NCBI GenBank assembly: GCA_040380025.1
Contig: JBEIJY010000001.1
Span: forward strand, 62,245-126,244
Source of the DNA: Bdellovibrionales bacterium
Lineage (GTDB): Bacteria > Bdellovibrionota > UBA1018 > CAIMNF01
DNA: 64,000 bases
Direction: 5' to 3'
Both the position numbers and the translations under genes were made by a program. Positions 60,486 to 64,000 of this stretch are shown here, in pieces. Numbering within the stretch: position 1 is the stretch's first letter; every line of letters starts with the position of its first letter. The notes beneath the pieces are model-generated. The model was not told where the DNA came from and made no database searches. It worked only from the letters and a program-made list of their open reading frames with translations.

Positions 60486-61502
60486 TCAGGCCCGCAGGGC
60501 CGAGCGTTTGATCATGAGCTGGGGCCCCGAGAAGAATTTGCGGAGCGCCTCCTCGATTCCGTCGTAGCTTGCGGAGGCCTGGATCCGGCCCTGAAGATGC
60601 TCTCCGAACTGCACCCAAGGCTTGCCCCACACTACCAAAAAGAGCATGCGGCGCTTGCCGGCCTCCCAGGGGTAATGCGTGCGGAGCTCTTGCAGGACCC
60701 GAAGCAGGAACTCGCCATACCAGGCCCCTTGGGTGGCCGGATCGGGCTCGGGCTCGTTCCGGATGAGCCAGGGCTTTGCGATCATCGCGCGCCCCACCAT
60801 CACGCGATCGCACTCGGATTCGTGAAACAGAGCGCGCATGTCCTCGAAACACTGCACATCGCCGTTCCCGATGATCAGGGGATTCATTCCCCGCGAGCGG
60901 AACTCGCGCTTCAGCTTGCGGATGAGATTCCAATCGGCCGTGCCTTTTCGTTTTTGCTCGGCGGTTCGGGGGTGGATCGTGATCCACGCGGCGCCGGCCT
61001 CGAAAAGGCCCTCGACAAAGCCCAAGAGCTGCGAGAAATCCTGTCCGCCGATTCCGGCCCGGAGCTTCACACTCACCGGCACGCTCGCATGGCGCACGGT
61101 CATGCGCACGACCTCTTTTGCGTATGCGGGATCGCCCATGAGCGCGACCCCGTAGTTGTGCTTCAGGGCTTTTTGCACCGGGCACCCCATATTGATGTCG
61201 ATCGCGCTCGCGCCCCACGATTCGAGCCTGGGCACCGAAAGACGGATGAACTCTTCTTCGTTCGCCAACAGTTGGGGGCAGAGCCCGTATTCGGCATCAT
61301 GGAAATAAATCTCGGGAAACTCATTCGGGCGCTGCGAGGGAATGCGCCGGGAATTCAGCATCTCGGTGGGCCAGAGAACGCGCGCGCCTCCGGGAAGAAA
61401 CTGCCTCACCCCGCAGCGAACGGCATAATGCGTGAGCCCCACCATCGGGGCCAGCATGATCGGATGCGGAGACAATCGATCGAGAGGATTATTCGAGCTC
61501 AT
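60486..61502 (-). CDS. tRNA-dihydrouridine synthase family
   Basis: LAPMVG, IDINMGCP, SVKLR, IHPRT, GNGDV, VMVGR. Confidence 0.92.
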   Translation of the reverse strand: MSSNNPLDRLSPHPIMLAPMVGLTHYAVRCGVRQFLPGGARVLWPTEMLNSRRIPSQRPNEFPEIYFHDAEYGLCPQLLANEEEFIRLSVPRLESWGASAIDINMGCPVQKALKHNYGVALMGDPAYAKEVVRMTVRHASVPVSVKLRAGIGGQDFSQLLGFVEGLFEAGAAWITIHPRTAEQKRKGTADWNLIRKLKREFRSRGMNPLIIGNGDVQCFEDMRALFHESECDRVMVGRAMIAKPWLIRNEPEPDPATQGAWYGEFLLRVLQELRTHYPWEAGKRRMLFLVVWGKPWVQFGEHLQGRIQASASYDGIEEALRKFFSGPQLMIKRSALRA

Positions 61503-62632
61503 CGCCGCCGCGGGCCCAGTTCCCGGTCACGCGGCAGGCAAGGTACGCTTTCAGGTAGCCGTCGAGGTCGCCGTTCAACACCTGATCGGCACTCGAGGAG
61601 GTGTGCCCCGTGCGGTGATCCTTCACCATCTTGTACGGATGAAGCACGTAGGAGCGGATCTGCGATCCCCAGGAGATGTCTTTCTTGGTGCTCTCGATCG
61701 CGTCCATCTTCTTTTTTTCTTCTTCGAGATGCCGCTCGTAAAGACGCGACTTCAGCACCTTCATGGCAAGATCGCGGTTTTTGATCTGGGAGCGCTCTTG
61801 CTGACAGGTCACGACAATCCCCGAGGGAAAGTGCGTGATCCGGACGGCGGAGTCGGTGGTGTTCACCCCCTGACCGCCCTTTCCGCCCGCGCGATACACG
61901 TCGATTCGAAGATCGGCCGGGTTGATCACGACCTCGAAGTCGTCGTCGACCTCGGGGGTCACGAACACACTCGTGAACGAGGTGTGACGGCGGGCGTTCG
62001 AATCAAACGGAGAAATGCGCACCAGACGATGCACGCCGGCTTCGCTCTTTAACAGCCCGTACGCGTTCGGTCCGTTCACGGTGAAGGCGACGTTCTTGAT
62101 GCCAGCCTCGTCGCCCGGAAGTACATCGAGAACCTTCGAATCGAAGCCGTGATCCTTGGCCCACATTTGATACATGCGGAAGAGCATCTGCGCCCAGTCC
62201 TGCGACTCGGTTCCACCGGAACCTGCGTTGATGGTGACGATGGCATTCTTCGGGTCCATCGGGTCCGAGAGCATTTTTTTCAGTTCGGCCTCTTCGAACT
62301 TGAGCGACAGGGGCGCGATCATGTCGGAGGCCTCTTTGAAGAGACTATCGTCTTTTTCTTCTTCGGCCATCTGGAACATCGTCTCGGCGTCCGAGAGCAA
62401 AAGGTCGAGCTCCTTGAACCCGTTCACCTCGGATTCGAGGCGGGATTTCTCCTGGGTCAGGGTCTTTGCCTTTTTGTTGTCGAGCCAGAAGGATCCTTCG
62501 GTCTCGAGATGGGAGATTTCTTCTATGCGGCGGGTTTTCTCAGCGAGGTCAAAGCGAACCTCGGAGGAACTGAAGCTTCGCTTTCATTTCCTCGAGGGTT
62601 TTGCGGATCTCAAATGCTTCCATGGTGCTCAT
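61489..62632 (-). CDS. prfB: Peptide chain release factor 2, translated through a +1 programmed frameshift
   Basis: Short ORF ...LRGSL-TGA, then the +1 frame DLAEKTRRIEE...; SPF and GGQ motifs; start 62632 or 62623. Confidence 0.96.
62548..62562 (-). promoter_or_regulatory. prfB +1 frameshift site
   Basis: GAGGT-TCG-CTTTGAC on the minus strand (internal SD plus slippery CTT-TGA-C). Confidence 0.93.
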
Positions 62633-62671
62633 ATGGGAAAGACTCTAGCAGGAAAACACCCCGCTTGGCAA

Positions 62672-63154
62672 TCAGGAGCGCGCGACCAGGCTTTTTGTTT
62701 TCTCGCCCAGAATCTTTTTTTCGAGGCTCGCCATGAGTTCGGCCTCTTTTTTCGAGGTCTCGTGGTCGAAATGACAAAGATGGAGAAGCCCGTGCACGAT
62801 CAGAACGTCGATTTCGCGCTTCCAGGAATGCTGGAATTCCTTTGCCTGACGGAGGGCGACTGGGCCGCATAAAATGAGGTCTCCGAGCATGCCCTGACGC
62901 TGGAAGATCTCGGGGGTCGGGAAGCTCAGCACATCGGTGGGAGCAGGCTTCTTGCGGAACTCGCCGTTCAGCCGGGCCATCGTGACCGGGCCACAGACCG
63001 AGATGTCGACCTGGTAGGTTCCCGACTCGCACTCCACGAGGCGGGAGCGCACCTTCGATTCGCTTATGGTTTTCTTCAAAAGGCGTTTTACCGAACGAAC
63101 AGCATACTGTTCGATCTCTTTCAGCGGGACCGGTTTTGATCGCATGGATTCCAT
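62672..63154 (-). CDS. ybeY: Endoribonuclease YbeY
   Basis: LN..FR.K..PTDVLSFP, LGDL, HGLLHLCHFDH. Confidence 0.93.
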   Translation of the reverse strand: MESMRSKPVPLKEIEQYAVRSVKRLLKKTISESKVRSRLVECESGTYQVDISVCGPVTMARLNGEFRKKPAPTDVLSFPTPEIFQRQGMLGDLILCGPVALRQAKEFQHSWKREIDVLIVHGLLHLCHFDHETSKKEAELMASLEKKILGEKTKSLVARS

Positions 63155-63171
63155 GCTAACAAAGACCCATC

Positions 63172-64000
63172 ATGCCCTACAACGAAGAAGCCACCCTCCG
63201 CGCGTTTTCTGAAGTCCTCCGAACCGTAGCCCGCCTGAGGGGCCCCGGGGGATGCCCCTGGGACCGCGAGCAAACCCACCATTCGTTACGGAAGTTCCTG
63301 ATCGAAGAGACCTACGAGGTCACCGATGTGCTCGACCGGATCGACGATCCAGCGCGCCTCAATGAGCCAAATTTACACTTTGCGTTTCGCGAGGAATGGG
63401 GAGACCTGCTCCTTCAGATCTTGCTCCATGCCGAGATCGCGACCGAGACGAATCCCGAGCTCGGGTTCGAGGCGATCGCAAAAACCCTGAACGAGAAGCT
63501 GATCCGCCGGCACCCGCATGTGTTCGGCGAGACGACCGTGAGCGGAACCGATGAAGTGCTCCGGAACTGGGATGAGCTGAAGAAAAAAGAGAAGAAGGAT
63601 CCGACAGACGGAAGTCTTTTTGACTCGATTCCGAAGAGCATGCCTCCCCTGCCCCGGACCGAGAAGATCATCGCAAAGGTCACCAAAGCGGGATTCCAGT
63701 GGCCGGACCTGAAGGGACCGCTCGCGAAGCTCGAGGAGGAAGTCTCGGAGCTCCGGTCCGCCCTCGAGAACGCGGACCTCTCGGACCGCGAGACGCGGGC
63801 GAAGGTCGAATCCGAGATCGGCGACGTGCTGTTTTCGGTCGCGAACGTGGCGTTTTTATCAAAAATCAATCCGGATGAGGCCCTTCGCTCGACCCTGAAC
63901 AAGTTCGAATCGAGATTCCGTCACGTCGAGAACCGCCTTCGGGAATCGGGAAAGACCCCCGAGTCATCGAATCTCGAAGAAATGGACCGCCACTGGGACG
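63172..64000 (+). CDS. mazG: Nucleoside triphosphate pyrophosphohydrolase MazG (truncated by window end)
   Basis: Read from sequence: RLRGPGGCPWDREQT, IEETYEV, EEWGDLLLQ, KLIRRHPHVFG, EIGDVLF; absent from the ORF track because no stop lies in the window. Confidence 0.95.
   Translation, partial: MPYNEEATLRAFSEVLRTVARLRGPGGCPWDREQTHHSLRKFLIEETYEVTDVLDRIDDPARLNEPNLHFAFREEWGDLLLQILLHAEIATETNPELGFEAIAKTLNEKLIRRHPHVFGETTVSGTDEVLRNWDELKKKEKKDPTDGSLFDSIPKSMPPLPRTEKIIAKVTKAGFQWPDLKGPLAKLEEEVSELRSALENADLSDRETRAKVESEIGDVLFSVANVAFLSKINPDEALRSTLNKFESRFRHVENRLRESGKTPESSNLEEMDRHWD

Noticed and set aside
62548-62562. prfB frameshift as a novelty or sequencing error
   Set aside because: It is the canonical RF2 autoregulatory +1 site.

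Overview
This is a 64 kb bacterial chromosome segment of roughly 60% GC (estimated by eye). It is probably from a Bdellovibrionota/Oligoflexia-like organism, inferred from an FQNC lipobox, an aglRQS-like motor triad, spoVG next to tRNA-Gln and many signal-peptide orphans. Most of it is dense housekeeping sequence (trmD, rpsP, polA, gmhA, hldD, trxA, lexA, metG, clpB, amgK-murU, dus, prfB with its +1 frameshift, ybeY, partial mazG). Two integrase-free accessory patches lie downstream of tRNA-Gln(TTG) and tRNA-Ser(GCT). The strongest unexplained signal is a ~140 bp structured element at both tRNA loci whose terminal inverted repeats are built from the 3' end of that particular tRNA. At the Gln locus the element sits in a 228 bp direct repeat that brackets a single AAA_14/DUF4143 ATPase gene like a cassette, and a second gene of that family lies near the Ser element. 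Other highlights are an operon of signal-peptide-bearing Clp-like AAA+ proteins, a recurrent C-x(1-3)-LL tag on secreted orphans, a secreted Fic-like pseudo-enzyme, a DUF455 ferritin-like/ATP-grasp fusion, a P-type ATPase lacking its catalytic core, and widespread leaderless-type promoters. All family assignments are from motif recognition by eye; no database searches were run.
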